Position numbers and translations under genes: made by a program. A stretch of 64,000 bases of DNA, from assembly GCA_963798845.1 (NCBI GenBank), contig CAWCUS010000002.1, positions 672,001 through 736,000 of the forward strand. The letters are read 5' to 3'. The notes under the pieces were generated by a model. That model saw only the letters and a list, made by a program, of their open reading frames with translations. It did not search any database and had not been told where the DNA came from. Below are positions 9,917 to 20,831 of this stretch, one piece after another (positions within the stretch are counted from its first letter, which is position 1; each line of letters opens with the position of its first letter). The stretch comes from an uncultured Gemmatimonadales bacterium. GTDB taxonomy: Bacteria; Gemmatimonadota; Gemmatimonadetes; Longimicrobiales; RSA9.

Positions 9917-11218
9917 CTACTGTCCGCTTCCTCCGCCGGGACGCGGCCTTGCGTGGCGCGGTATGGAGGAGCCGCGGCTCGGCGCCTTGACGTGGACCGG
10001 GGTGGGCGCGCGGGCCTGCCGGTTCACGGTGCCGCCGCCGTTGGGGCGGGGCTTGGCATGGCGCGTGGACGACGACCCTGAGCGGACCGCTCCGCCGCTC
10101 GACCCTCCGGAGGGCCGGCGCACCGCCGGCGGCTTGCCGCTCGTGCCCGAGCCGGGCCGCGTGTAGCCGCGGCCCTTCACGGCACGTCCGCGGCCGAGGT
10201 CGGGATGGCCATCGCTCGGCCTCACGACCACGATGCCGCCCCGTGGCCAGCGGTAGTAGCCGCCGTAGCCGTATCCGTAGTAGCCGGGATAGCCGTAGTA
10301 GCCCCGATAGCCCCAGAACGGGTCGTAGTAGTACGGGAACGCGAGGCCGAAGCCCCAGCCGTAGCCGATCCGCCAGTACCCGACCGGGTAGTAGGAGTCG
10401 CGGCCGTACGGACCGTATCGGCCGTAGCGGTAGGCGCCTTCCCGGTCGATGCTGGCCACCTCGAAGTGGTCGGGGTAGCTCACGGCCACGGCCACGTCGA
10501 TGACGTCTTCCGGAACGCCAGCGTCGGCCAGCCGGACCAGGTCCTCGGCCTCGAAGCCGAGTGGCTGGTTGCGCTCGGCGATCAGCGCCTTCACCGCCTC
10601 GGCGTCGACGGCATCGGCCGCTTCGATGATGTCGTCCACCGAGAGCGTCGCCGACGCCGACATCCGCGCCGATTCGATGGCGCTCGCGCGACCCTGGCTC
10701 GGGTCTGCGAGCCCTGCGTCGGTGGCCAGCGACGCCGACGTCCCCTGGTAGCGCTTCACCACCGCGGCGTCCTGAGCGTCCGATGAGACAGTGCGCACCT
10801 CCAACAGCTCCGTGGGCGACGCCATCGCGAGGATGCCGGTGAACTCACGCACGCCCGCACCACATTCCTGCCGGCTGTGGACGTACACGCGCGCCAGATT
10901 GTCCGAGAAGTCCGCCCGCTCCACGACGCCGCACCCATCCCGCCGCACGATCGACTCCCGATCGGCGCTGAGGGTGCGCGAGTCGACCACGTCGGTCCCC
11001 CTGACCGTCACCAGACGCACACCGTCCGCCGTCGGCAGCACGCACAGGCCGTCGGCGTCTTCCCCGTCCTCCTCGGGCTGCCAGCAGCCCACGAACGGCA
11101 GCCAGCGGCCATCCACCGCCTGCGCCATCGCGCTAGCCGGCGTGAACGCCACGCCGACCAGCAGTCCCAGCGCCGGCGCGGCGAACGCCGCTCCGAACCC
11201 TCCATGCCGTGCCGTCAT
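9917..11218 (-). CDS. Secreted hypothetical protein with Tyr/Gly-rich segment and Arg/Gly/Ser/Pro-rich tail
   Basis: ATG behind GGGAGG; signal peptide ending AMA|Q; GC3-rich codons; 13 nt downstream of the beta-barrel gene. Confidence 0.8.
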   Translation of the reverse strand: MTARHGGFGAAFAAPALGLLVGVAFTPASAMAQAVDGRWLPFVGCWQPEEDGEDADGLCVLPTADGVRLVTVRGTDVVDSRTLSADRESIVRRDGCGVVERADFSDNLARVYVHSRQECGAGVREFTGILAMASPTELLEVRTVSSDAQDAAVVKRYQGTSASLATDAGLADPSQGRASAIESARMSASATLSVDDIIEAADAVDAEAVKALIAERNQPLGFEAEDLVRLADAGVPEDVIDVAVAVSYPDHFEVASIDREGAYRYGRYGPYGRDSYYPVGYWRIGYGWGFGLAFPYYYDPFWGYRGYYGYPGYYGYGYGGYYRWPRGGIVVVRPSDGHPDLGRGRAVKGRGYTRPGSGTSGKPPAVRRPSGGSSGGAVRSGSSSTRHAKPRPNGGGTVNRQARAPTPVHVKAPSRGSSIPRHARPRPGGGSGQ

Positions 11219-11231
11219 GATCGTCCTCCCT

Positions 11232-11987
11232 CTACATGCGAACTGCGAGACCCACCACCGCCCGCGAGCCGGACAGGTCAATGGGGTCGAAGCCCACGAA
11301 GTCCGTTCCCTTCAACGTCGCCGTCGCCCACGCATACCGGTACTCGACCTTCATGAGAAGCCGTGCCGACAGCGAGAGCTCTGCGCCCGCAAGCACGTGC
11401 CCTTCCGGCCCCATCCCGCGAGCCGTCAGGTGATCCGTGAAGATCCCGAGGTCATCGAAATCCACGAAATCCCCGCTCTGCTCGAAGTCGTACCACACCC
11501 AGCCGCCGCCCGCACCCACGTACGGCGACCACGCGCGCGGGACCCACGCGTACCTGCTGATGCTGCGCCCCCGCGGGAAGAGGTAGCCCTTTACCGTCAG
11601 CGTCAGAGGCGTGCGCGCCAGCTTCGTCATCTGCTCGATCGGCAGGCCGTTCGTGTCCACCCAGTGCCGGAACTCCGACGGGCGCGACGCCTGCGCGTAT
11701 TCCACGCCCGCCGCCACGTCCACCCGCTCCGAGGCCCGCCACGCCAGCTCGCCACCGAACGTCCCGGAGCGGAAGTCGCCGCGCTCCACCGTGAGGTTCT
11801 CGCGCGTGAAGTCGAACACATCGCTGGACTCACGCGGGAGCGCGTATCCGCCCCACACCGTGAACGTCAGCGAGGGGCGCCGGAACAGGAAGTCCTGGGC
11901 AAGGGTGCGCGTCGGAAGGACCGTCAGAAGCGGAATCGAGGCGATGAGCCCTACCAGGGGGATCCATCTCGGCGAGCGGTGCAGCAT
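11232..11987 (-). CDS. Outer-membrane beta-barrel protein (OmpA-like small barrel)
   Basis: ATG behind GGAGGTG; signal peptide TLA|Q; SPYVGAGGG; alternating hydrophobic strands; C-terminal strand VGLAVRM. Confidence 0.75.
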   Translation of the reverse strand: MLHRSPRWIPLVGLIASIPLLTVLPTRTLAQDFLFRRPSLTFTVWGGYALPRESSDVFDFTRENLTVERGDFRSGTFGGELAWRASERVDVAAGVEYAQASRPSEFRHWVDTNGLPIEQMTKLARTPLTLTVKGYLFPRGRSISRYAWVPRAWSPYVGAGGGWVWYDFEQSGDFVDFDDLGIFTDHLTARGMGPEGHVLAGAELSLSARLLMKVEYRYAWATATLKGTDFVGFDPIDLSGSRAVVGLAVRM

Positions 11988-12346
11988 CTTCACCTCCGCG
12001 ATCTCGGACCTCGGCCGCCGGTGGACCTGGTGGAGGCCTCGCTTGCGGCGGTCCGGTGTGCCGACTTCGGCGCGTGCAACCAATGTGCCTCCGTGAATTC
12101 CGCGTCATTCCGCGAAAAGCTGTCCGCGAGGCGCGGGACGCGTCCCCGTTCTACTACAATCCATGTCATCCGAAGAGGACAATCGACGGGTGGCGGACGC
12201 CGCGGCCGTTCCCGACCCGCGCCGGGGTGCCGCCGTTCACGCCGAGGGATGGTCGCAATGTGGCGAAGCGGCCTGGTCCTGGAGGTCACCTGCCGATTGC
12301 CCGCGCGGCCCGGGTGGGGCAACTTGCCTGACCACCGGGAGAGGCC

Positions 12347-13708
12347 ATGCGTGACCTGCGGACGACGCGCCGGAGCGGCAGACCCTGGCTGATCGGACGC
12401 GTGCTCACGCTGAGCGTCATGATCGGCGTGGCCTGCCTGCTGGTGCGCATCCCGGGCGACCCCGGACCGGCCGGGACCACGATGCGGCTCGGCTTCCTCC
12501 TGATCGTCTCCTTCCTCGCGGGTCGGGTGGTCCGCGGCGTCGCGCTGCCGCAGATCACCGGCTACATCCTGATCGGCATCGTCGTCGGTCCGCAGGTGGC
12601 GGGCATCATCGACGCGGTCTCGATTCGACGGCTGGACATTTTGAACGAGATCGCCCTGAGCCTGATCGCCCTCTCCGCCGGCGGCGAGCTCCGGATGCGC
12701 ACGGTGAGGACCCGTATGCGGAGCATCGGGCTGATCACCGTCTCACAGCTCCTGATCGTCTTCGGCGTCACGGCAGCCACGGTCTTCGTGGGGCGCGGGC
12801 TGTTCGACTTCCTCGACGGTCGGCCGCCGCGCCTCGCGCTCGCCGCCGCGCTGCTCTTCGGGCTGGTGGCCGTGGCGAAGTCGCCCGCCACGACCATCGC
12901 GGTCATCACCGAGGAGAAGGCCAGCGGGGCGATGACCGACGTGGTGCTCGGCGTCACCGTGATCAAGGACGTGATCATCCTCATGCTGACCGCGCTGATG
13001 ATCCCGCTTGCCGTCATGATCGCCCGCCCGGGAAGCCACTTCGACGTGCACGCGCTGGAGGCCGTGGCCATGGCCATCGGGCTTTCGCTGGCCATCGGCA
13101 CCCTGTTCGGGTTCACCATCAGCCTGGTGCTGCGTCGGGCGCCCCAGCAGCAGGTGCTCCTGGTCCTCGCCGCGGGCTTCCTTTCCGTCGAGCTCGCCGA
13201 GGCCGCCGGGCTCGAGTACATCCTCCTGTCGATGGCCGCCGGCTTCACGGTGCAGAACTTCTCGGCCGAGGGCGCCGGGCTGGTGGCGGCCCTGGAGAAG
13301 AACTCCCTGCCGATCTATGCCCTGTTCTTCGCCCTGGCCGGCGCCAACCTGGACATCGTGGCGCTCGCCCACGTTTGGAAGATCGCCCTCGTCCTGCTCG
13401 TTGCACGGGTGCTGAGCCTGTGGCTGAGCACGGCCGCGGGCGCGAGGCTCGCCGGCGCCGGCAGCGCCATGGAGCGACACGCGTGGACCGGGTTCATCGC
13501 CATGGCCGGCGTCACGCTGGGCATCGCCAACCTGATCCGCGAGCGCTTCCCCGAGGTCGGGCCCGCCATGGCCACCATCATCGTGGCGATCATCGCCGTG
13601 AACCAGCTTCTGGGGCCGCCGCTGTTCCGAAACGCGCTAGTCCGCGCTGGCGAGGCGGGGCAGGCGCTGCCCCGCCGCACGCCCTCCCCCCTCACCATCG
13701 ACCGCTGA
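12347..13708 (+). CDS. Cation:proton antiporter (CPA2/Na+:H+ exchanger family)
   Basis: About 12-13 hydrophobic segments; LPQITGYILIG; KSPATT; VIKD motif. Confidence 0.85.
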   Translation: MRDLRTTRRSGRPWLIGRVLTLSVMIGVACLLVRIPGDPGPAGTTMRLGFLLIVSFLAGRVVRGVALPQITGYILIGIVVGPQVAGIIDAVSIRRLDILNEIALSLIALSAGGELRMRTVRTRMRSIGLITVSQLLIVFGVTAATVFVGRGLFDFLDGRPPRLALAAALLFGLVAVAKSPATTIAVITEEKASGAMTDVVLGVTVIKDVIILMLTALMIPLAVMIARPGSHFDVHALEAVAMAIGLSLAIGTLFGFTISLVLRRAPQQQVLLVLAAGFLSVELAEAAGLEYILLSMAAGFTVQNFSAEGAGLVAALEKNSLPIYALFFALAGANLDIVALAHVWKIALVLLVARVLSLWLSTAAGARLAGAGSAMERHAWTGFIAMAGVTLGIANLIRERFPEVGPAMATIIVAIIAVNQLLGPPLFRNALVRAGEAGQALPRRTPSPLTIDR

Positions 13709-13956
13709 GCGGAGCCGCCCCGGGTCGAGGCCGCGGCCACGTGCCTGGAAGGGCCCGTTTCCGGGACCCGCCCTCGCGGTTCCACGCTCGTCGTCGTCAG
13801 GGCTCGAGGAGCCGGCCGTTGCCGGGACCATGGGACACCGGCGTTCACTTGACCCGAGCGCCCGTGGAAGCGACGTTCCCATCCTGCTCGCCGCCTCACG
13901 GCGGAATTCGGCAGGGCAGGCCCGGGTCCGGCGTGGTTCCGCCGGGAGAGTTCCAG

Positions 13957-14030
13957 GCGGGAGTAGCTCAGTTGGCTAGAGCATCAGCCTTCCAAGCTGA
14001 GGGTCGCGGGTTCGAGTCCCGTCTCCCGCT
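13957..14030 (+). tRNA. tRNA-Gly (TCC)
   Basis: GCGGGAG/CTCCCGC acceptor stem; anticodon arm TCAGC-CT-TCC-AA-GCTGA; GGTTCGAGTCC T-loop; no encoded CCA. Confidence 0.97.
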
Positions 14031-14043
14031 CTTGTGGGTCAGA

Positions 14044-14077
14044 GAAGCCCCGGCGCAATAGCAGCTGCCGGGGCTTC
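14044..14077 (+). terminator. Stem-loop just after tRNA-Gly (probable terminator or processing hairpin)
   Basis: GAAGCCCCGGC ... GCCGGGGCTTC perfect 11-bp stem; weak U-tract. Confidence 0.5.
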
Positions 14078-14198
14078 CCTCATCCTCGGGCGAGGTGGGC
14101 GGGCGGGAGGGTCCGGGTCCCCGCGCCGCCGCCGCTGGCGGGGCCGCCCCCGGCCGTTATACACTACGGCCCGCGCTTCCTTCGAACCGGCGGATGGG

Positions 14199-14420
14199 AT
14201 GGAACTCCACGAGGCGGGTCCCGGAGGCCGATCCGGGGCCATCGAAACCCTGGGCGACGAGGTGGGAGAGGCGCTCTGCGCCCGACCGCACCCGCTGCTG
14301 GACAACGTGAGCTGCCAGCGCATGCGCGGGCATCCCGGGCGTCACGGGGCGCTGGTCGACACGTCCTCGGCCGAGATCACGCTCTCCTGGGACGTCGAGG
14401 ATCCCGCCGACGCGGAGTGA
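14199..14420 (+). CDS. Small hypothetical protein (73 aa) with C-x11-C-x5-H-x3-H motif
   Basis: GC3-rich codon pattern; TACACT -10-like box at ~14160; converges on the neighbouring gene. Start site uncertain. Confidence 0.5.
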   Translation: MELHEAGPGGRSGAIETLGDEVGEALCARPHPLLDNVSCQRMRGHPGRHGALVDTSSAEITLSWDVEDPADAE

Positions 14421-14435
14421 CGGTTCCGGGGCGGG

Positions 14436-14918
14436 TCACTGCTCCGGACAGAGGGCGTGCTTCAGCGCCACGGCGCGCGGGGCGCGGGAGGTGACGATGG
14501 CGCCGGGCTGCAGGGCATCGCCCGCGGCGCGCACGGTCCCCGCCATCCGCTGGCCGTCCAGCGCCACCCGGACCACGAGGGCGCCCCCGCCGGGATGGCC
14601 GATCTCGACCGAGTCGGATTCGGCGACGAGCCAGTAGGCGAACGGGAAGTCCTGGTCTCCGTCGGGCGTGAGCGTGGCCGCCTGCCGGGCCTGGCGCTGC
14701 GCCATGGCAGGCCACCCCTCGAGCGGCTGGTCCGAAAGGCGAACTCCCCACGGCAGGTTGAGAGAGTCCGCGGTGGGCGAGCGCTCGAAGTAGTAGCAGC
14801 CGGCCAGGTCCTGCGCGGACAGATCGTGCTGCGCGCTCGCGCACGCGCCCAGGATGGTGACCATCGCCAGGGCCCCGGCTGCGCCGGCGGCCCTCGCCCC
14901 CGGTGGCGGTATCCTCAT
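14436..14918 (-). CDS. Hypothetical lipoprotein
   Basis: ATG behind AAGGAGAG; lipobox LGAC; directly downstream of the metalloprotease gene. Confidence 0.75.
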   Translation of the reverse strand: MRIPPPGARAAGAAGALAMVTILGACASAQHDLSAQDLAGCYYFERSPTADSLNLPWGVRLSDQPLEGWPAMAQRQARQAATLTPDGDQDFPFAYWLVAESDSVEIGHPGGGALVVRVALDGQRMAGTVRAAGDALQPGAIVTSRAPRAVALKHALCPEQ

Positions 14919-14938
14919 TCGACTCTCCTTGCTCGGCG

Positions 14939-16714
14939 TCATCGCAGCTGGATCGTCTCGGCGCGTCCGTTCTTCCCGAGCACCATCACCGGCCCCATGT
15001 AGAGCAGGTCACGCCCGAGCTTCGGCCGCTCCTCCGCGGCCCCGGCGCGCGCGCCGGCGGCGAGGCTGAAGGGGTCGGCCGCCGCCAGGTTCACCGCGTA
15101 GCCCAGGTCGGCGAAGGACGCGATCGTCACCTTGCTGAGCGGCTCGAAGACGCCCGTCTGTTCGACGTACCCCGTCATGATCTCCCGGTTGAACACGGCC
15201 TCGCTCCAGTGCGCGTCCCGTGTCCCCTCTCCGCCGGTGGTCTCGAGCGGGACGTTCCCGGTACGGCCCAGAACGTGGTACTGCGACACGCCCTGCTGGC
15301 CCGTGTAGGTAGGCGTGGGGCCGCCCTCACCGTTGATCAGGTTGAGCCGCGTCCAGAGGGTGCCGAAGCCCAGGATATGGCCGATCTCGTGGAAGATGAT
15401 GTCGGTGAGCGTGCCGGTCCCCACCAGCGGTTCCAGGTCGGCGACGTCGAGCGTCAGGATCCCGGCCACCGGCAGGCTGCTGCCGCCCCGCAGCGCGCAC
15501 GGGCCCGCCTGTCCGAGGACCTGCCCCGCGCCGTCGATCGGCGCGATGTTGATGAGCACCAGCACGTCTTCCACCGTGGTCCCGTTCGCCGCGTCGCCGA
15601 ACCCGCCGCAGTAGCTCGGATCGAAAAAGCCCGCCGGGATGGTGTCGGCCGGGACGTCGCCCGTGAGCACCTCGTCCCACCGCGCCACTGCCGAATCCAC
15701 GTGCGGCCGGATGTTGGCCGGGATCGGGACCACTGGGTACGGGGTGATCTCGTAGCTCGTGGTCCGGTTCGGCACCACGGCGATGGTGAACGTGGCTTCC
15801 CCGCTCTCACCGGCGCTCGTCGCCCGCACGGTGAACGTGGCGGTGTCCGCCACCGCGGCGGTCCCGGTGATCGTCCCGCCCGGACCGAGCGACAGGCCCG
15901 CGGGGAGCGATCCGCTCACCAGCGACCAGGCGTAGTCGCTGCCGATCCCGCCGCTGGCCGCGAGACTGACCTCGTACAGGCCGCCCTCCATGACCGGCGG
16001 AAGCACGAGCGTCTTCACCGCCACGGGCGCCGGCGCCGCCAGCACCTTGATCACGTATCCGCGATGCGCCAGCTGCTCGTCGCCGCTTTCCAGCTCCACG
16101 GTGAACACCGCCGTCTGCGCGGTCTGCGGCGTGCCCGAGATGATCGCCCCGTGCGGCTCGGGGGTGGGCGACTCCGCATCATTCAACGCCAGCCCGGCCG
16201 GCAGTGAGCCCGCGCTCACCCGCCAGGAGTACGAGCCGTCACCGCCGACGCCGTGCACCGCCACCGAGTACGGATACCCGACGACCGCGAAGGGAAGGGA
16301 GTCCGTCGTGATGGCCAGCTCCGCGTACGTTCGCGCGGATTCCGACGAGGTGTACTGCGAACACAGCGTCCCGTTGCACGCCTCGACCCGGTACCGGTAC
16401 TCCGTATCCGCCGTCAGCGCCGTGTCCACGTACACCCGGACATCGCCCGCCACGGTGTCCAGCGGCACGTACGCCCTCGAGTCCTGCGCCCGTTGCAGCA
16501 CGAACGCGTCCGCCCCCGCGCCCGAAGGCAGCGTCCACGACACCTGGATCGACGTCATCGACACCGGCGACGCCGATACGTCCTCCGGCGCGGGCGGAGC
16601 GACGACCGGCCCCGTCCCCGAATCGCACCCGCCCAGCAGGGCCAGTCCCACAACCACCACCCCCGACCACAGGAATGGCGCACCCCCTCGCGCTCGTGTC
16701 TGCATGCGGCTCAC
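14939..16714 (-). CDS. Lipoprotein with FN3 + two putative Ig domains + leishmanolysin-like (M8) zinc metalloprotease
   Basis: LGGC lipobox; FN3 (VSW...YRYRVEA); GSLPAGL Ig repeats; [22 protein letters not shown]...EIMTG. The start may be the ATG at 16705. Confidence 0.88.
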   Translation of the reverse strand: MSRMQTRARGGAPFLWSGVVVVGLALLGGCDSGTGPVVAPPAPEDVSASPVSMTSIQVSWTLPSGAGADAFVLQRAQDSRAYVPLDTVAGDVRVYVDTALTADTEYRYRVEACNGTLCSQYTSSESARTYAELAITTDSLPFAVVGYPYSVAVHGVGGDGSYSWRVSAGSLPAGLALNDAESPTPEPHGAIISGTPQTAQTAVFTVELESGDEQLAHRGYVIKVLAAPAPVAVKTLVLPPVMEGGLYEVSLAASGGIGSDYAWSLVSGSLPAGLSLGPGGTITGTAAVADTATFTVRATSAGESGEATFTIAVVPNRTTSYEITPYPVVPIPANIRPHVDSAVARWDEVLTGDVPADTIPAGFFDPSYCGGFGDAANGTTVEDVLVLINIAPIDGAGQVLGQAGPCALRGGSSLPVAGILTLDVADLEPLVGTGTLTDIIFHEIGHILGFGTLWTRLNLINGEGGPTPTYTGQQGVSQYHVLGRTGNVPLETTGGEGTRDAHWSEAVFNREIMTGYVEQTGVFEPLSKVTIASFADLGYAVNLAAADPFSLAAGARAGAAEERPKLGRDLLYMGPVMVLGKNGRAETIQLR

Positions 16715-16930
16715 TCTCCATGTCCGTCAGCCGACCCGCGTGCCAGCAAGTCGGATTCCACGGTCAACGTACACCAGCAGAGCACCGAACGCTCCCTGCA
16801 GCACGATCCACCTCGCCTGACCCGATCCGTGACGGGCGGAAAGAGAGCGTCGAGACCAGGCGATTTCCCGGGGTTCAGGTGCGGCTGCGCGCCCCCCTGG
16901 AGGGGCCGTTCGGCGAGCAGGCGCGCGGTG

Positions 16931-16959
16931 TTGACACCCCCACCAGCCAATTGTATACT
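16931..16959 (+). promoter_or_regulatory. Sigma70-type promoter for tRNA-Thr/tuf
   Basis: TTGACA-17 nt-TATACT. Confidence 0.85.
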
Positions 16960-17126
16960 ACCGATCTGTCTCCACGGCCGGGGTTCGCCCCGGTCCGCCG
17001 TTGCCGGATCTCCGGTGAACGGCTCGACGGACGCGCCGCACGGCTCAAGGCCGGGACGCGTCCGTGCCGCGACAGGCGTCAGGGGACAGGGCGACCCGGC
17101 CACCGCCGGGCGCCGAGCGCGCAATT

Positions 17127-17198
17127 GCTCGCGTAGCTCAGTGGTAGAGCGCTTCCTTGGTAAGGAAGAGGTCGCGGGTTCAATCCCCGCCGCGAGCT
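17127..17198 (+). tRNA. tRNA-Thr (GGT)
   Basis: GCTCGCG/CGCGAGC acceptor stem; CTTCC-TT-GGT-AA-GGAAG; GGTTCAATCC. Confidence 0.97.
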
Positions 17199-17307
17199 CG
17201 TTGTTCGCGACCAGCAGCCAGCCGGCAATGGCCCGGGGCGGGCCGACGTCGGCTGCTGATCGCATGGACAGAAGCGAAACTGAACCGACACCACCTCGAG
17301 GGAAGCG

Positions 17308-18495
<1,188 letters not shown>

Positions 18496-18638
18496 AACCG
18501 AGGGCCGAGAGCCGGCGTCCCCGCACCGCCAAGCCGTTGCGCGTCGAGGACCCTGTTCCTGGTACCCGGAACTTTCCGGGCTGGCCGGAGTAAGCTCCAG
18601 GCTCGGCCCCAAAAAGATGCAACGAAGGTAGAGAAAGA

Positions 18639-18791
18639 ATGCCGCGCGACAAGATCATTCTCTCCTGCACGGAGTGCCAGGAGCGGAACTACCACACGAC
18701 GAAGAACAAGCGGCTGCACCCGGAGCGGCAGGAAACGAAGAAGTACTGCCGGCGGTGCAACACCCACACCGTCCACAAGGAAACGAAGTAG
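18639..18791 (+). CDS. rpmG: 50S ribosomal protein L33 (Zn-binding type)
   Basis: Read manually (below the ORF-track cutoff): [50 protein letters not shown]. Confidence 0.96.
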   Translation: MPRDKIILSCTECQERNYHTTKNKRLHPERQETKKYCRRCNTHTVHKETK

Positions 18792-18793
18792 CC

Positions 18794-18997
18794 ATGGCTT
18801 CGATGGCCGGCGTCCGTCGTTTCGTGGACGACACGGTGGACGAAATGAAGAAGGTGACGTGGCCGGACGTTCCGCAGCTGCGCAACTCCACCTTCGTCGT
18901 GCTGGTGTTCGTCACGATCGTGTCGGCGATCATCTGGGTGATGGACGTGGCCGCGCGCGGCGTGCTACAGGCGATTCTGAGCGTGTTCGCGGGGTGA
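18794..18997 (+). CDS. secE: Preprotein translocase subunit SecE
   Basis: EMKKVTWP + one TM segment; lies between rpmG and nusG. Confidence 0.95.
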   Translation: MASMAGVRRFVDDTVDEMKKVTWPDVPQLRNSTFVVLVFVTIVSAIIWVMDVAARGVLQAILSVFAG

Positions 18998-18998
18998 G

Positions 18999-19550
18999 AT
19001 GACGGAAGAGGCGCGCTGGTACGCCATACAGACCTACTCGGGGCACGAGAACAAGGTCAAGAAGCTCATCGACATCCGGATCTCGGAAGAGGCCGGCGAG
19101 GAGCCCGAGGAGAAGCAGATCCAGGAGGCGCTGGTTCCGACCCAGGACGTGACCGAGATCCGCAACGGCAAGCGGGTGCAGGTTACGCGGCGCCTCTACC
19201 CCGGGTACGTGCTGGTGAAGATGCTCTACAACCAGCGCACCATGCACGTGATCAACAACATCCAGGGCGTGATCAAGTTCGTGGGCGGAGGCGCGGAGCC
19301 GCAGCCGCTGCACGAGGAGGAGATGCGGAAGATCCTGGGTGTCGAGCCGGAGCTGCAGGAGGAGGAGCAGCACGAGCAGGTCCCGTTCCACGCGGAGCAG
19401 GTGGTGGAGGTGACGGACGGGCCGTTCAAGGATTTCAGCGGCACGGTGCAGGAAGTCTATCACGACAAAGGGAAGGTGAAGGTCGAGGTGAGCCTGTTCG
19501 GTCGCCCGACCTCGGTGGAGCTGGACTACACGCAGCTGAAGGGGTACTAG
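18999..19550 (+). CDS. nusG: Transcription termination/antitermination factor NusG
   Basis: [31 protein letters not shown]. Confidence 0.98.
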   Translation: MTEEARWYAIQTYSGHENKVKKLIDIRISEEAGEEPEEKQIQEALVPTQDVTEIRNGKRVQVTRRLYPGYVLVKMLYNQRTMHVINNIQGVIKFVGGGAEPQPLHEEEMRKILGVEPELQEEEQHEQVPFHAEQVVEVTDGPFKDFSGTVQEVYHDKGKVKVEVSLFGRPTSVELDYTQLKGY

Positions 19551-19633
19551 GGCGCCGTACGCGGCGCGTGCGTCGCCCGAGCAGCGGGAAGCGGGAACAG
19601 GAAGCGGCAGCAGGCAGGAGGACACGCAGGGGA

Positions 19634-19675
19634 CGGCTGTGGGAGCTTGGGCGCTCCCTGGCGCAACCACGGCCG
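19634..19675 (+). promoter_or_regulatory. Probable L1-binding mRNA leader upstream of rplK
   Basis: Stem CGGCTGTGG/CCACGGCCG with GGGAG...AACCAC internal loop, in the usual position for L1 autoregulation. Confidence 0.55.
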
Positions 19676-19701
19676 AGACATTCACGGGAGCGAGGCGCAA
19701 C

Positions 19702-20127
19702 ATGGCCAAGAAGCAGATTGGGTTCATCAAGCTGCAGATCCCGGGGGCGCAGGCGAACCCCGCGCCGCCGGTGGGGCCCGCCCTGGGCCAGCACGGCGTG
19801 AACATCATGGAGTTCTGCAAGCAGTTCAACGCCCGCACGCAGCAGCAGGCCGGGACGGTCATCCCCGTGGAGATCACGGTGTTCGCGGACCGGTCGTTCA
19901 GCTTCATCACCAAGACCCCGCCGGCGGCGTTCCTGCTCCGGCAGGCGGCGAAAGTGGCGAAGGGGTCGGCGGTCCCGCAGCGGGACAAGGTGGGCCTGGT
20001 GAAGCGCTCGCAGGTGCGGGAGATCGCGACGCTCAAGATGCCGGACCTGAATGCGGCGAGCGTGGAGAGCGCGATGCGGATGATCGAGGGTACCGCGCGT
20101 TCCATGGGACTCACGGTGGTGGACTGA
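19702..20127 (+). CDS. rplK: 50S ribosomal protein L11
   Basis: [23 protein letters not shown]. Confidence 0.99.
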   Translation: MAKKQIGFIKLQIPGAQANPAPPVGPALGQHGVNIMEFCKQFNARTQQQAGTVIPVEITVFADRSFSFITKTPPAAFLLRQAAKVAKGSAVPQRDKVGLVKRSQVREIATLKMPDLNAASVESAMRMIEGTARSMGLTVVD

Positions 20128-20831
20128 TGCCAAAGCACGGGAAGAACTATCGACGCGCGGCATCGCTCCTGCCGAAGGGCATCAAGTTCGAGGAGCCGGA
20201 GCGAGCGCTGGAGCTGGTGAAGGAGAACGCGTTCGCCAAGTTCGACGAGACCGTGGAGGTCTCGGTGCGTCTGGGCGTGGACCCGCGGCACGCGGACCAG
20301 ATCGTCCGGGGCACGGTGGTGCTCCCGCACGGGACCGGGAAGACGGTGCGGGTCCTGGTGCTGGCCGAGGGCGCACAGGCGGAGGCGGGGGAGGCGGCGG
20401 GCGCAGATTACGTGGGGATGGAGCACGTCGCCCGGATCAAGGAAGGGTGGCTCGACTTCGACGTGGTGGTGGCGGCGCCGAACGTCATGGGCCAGGTGGG
20501 GCAGCTGGGCCGCGTGCTCGGCCCCCGGGGCCTGATGCCGACTCCGAAGGCGGGGACGGTGACCATGGACGTGGAGAAGGCGGTGCGGGAGATCAAGGCG
20601 GGGAAGATCGAGTTCCGCGTCGACCGGACCGGGAACGTCCACATCCCCATCGGGAAGGTGTCGTTCAGCATCGAGCAGCTGGCGGAGAACATGGGGGCGG
20701 TGATGGACGTGATCCAGCGCGCGAAGCCGGCGGCGGCGAAGGGCGCCTACGTCCGCAGCGTGACGGTCTCGAGCACCATGGGGCCGGGCGTGGGAATCGA
20801 CCCGAACCTCTATCGGCGGGTGGCGGCATGA
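20127..20831 (+). CDS. rplA: 50S ribosomal protein L1
   Basis: [25 protein letters not shown]. Confidence 0.99.
   Translation: MPKHGKNYRRAASLLPKGIKFEEPERALELVKENAFAKFDETVEVSVRLGVDPRHADQIVRGTVVLPHGTGKTVRVLVLAEGAQAEAGEAAGADYVGMEHVARIKEGWLDFDVVVAAPNVMGQVGQLGRVLGPRGLMPTPKAGTVTMDVEKAVREIKAGKIEFRVDRTGNVHIPIGKVSFSIEQLAENMGAVMDVIQRAKPAAAKGAYVRSVTVSSTMGPGVGIDPNLYRRVAA

Noticed and set aside
13957..16930. Active integrative element or prophage at tRNA-Gly
   Set aside because: No integrase, no duplicated tRNA 3' end and no obvious compositional shift; kept only as a synteny observation.
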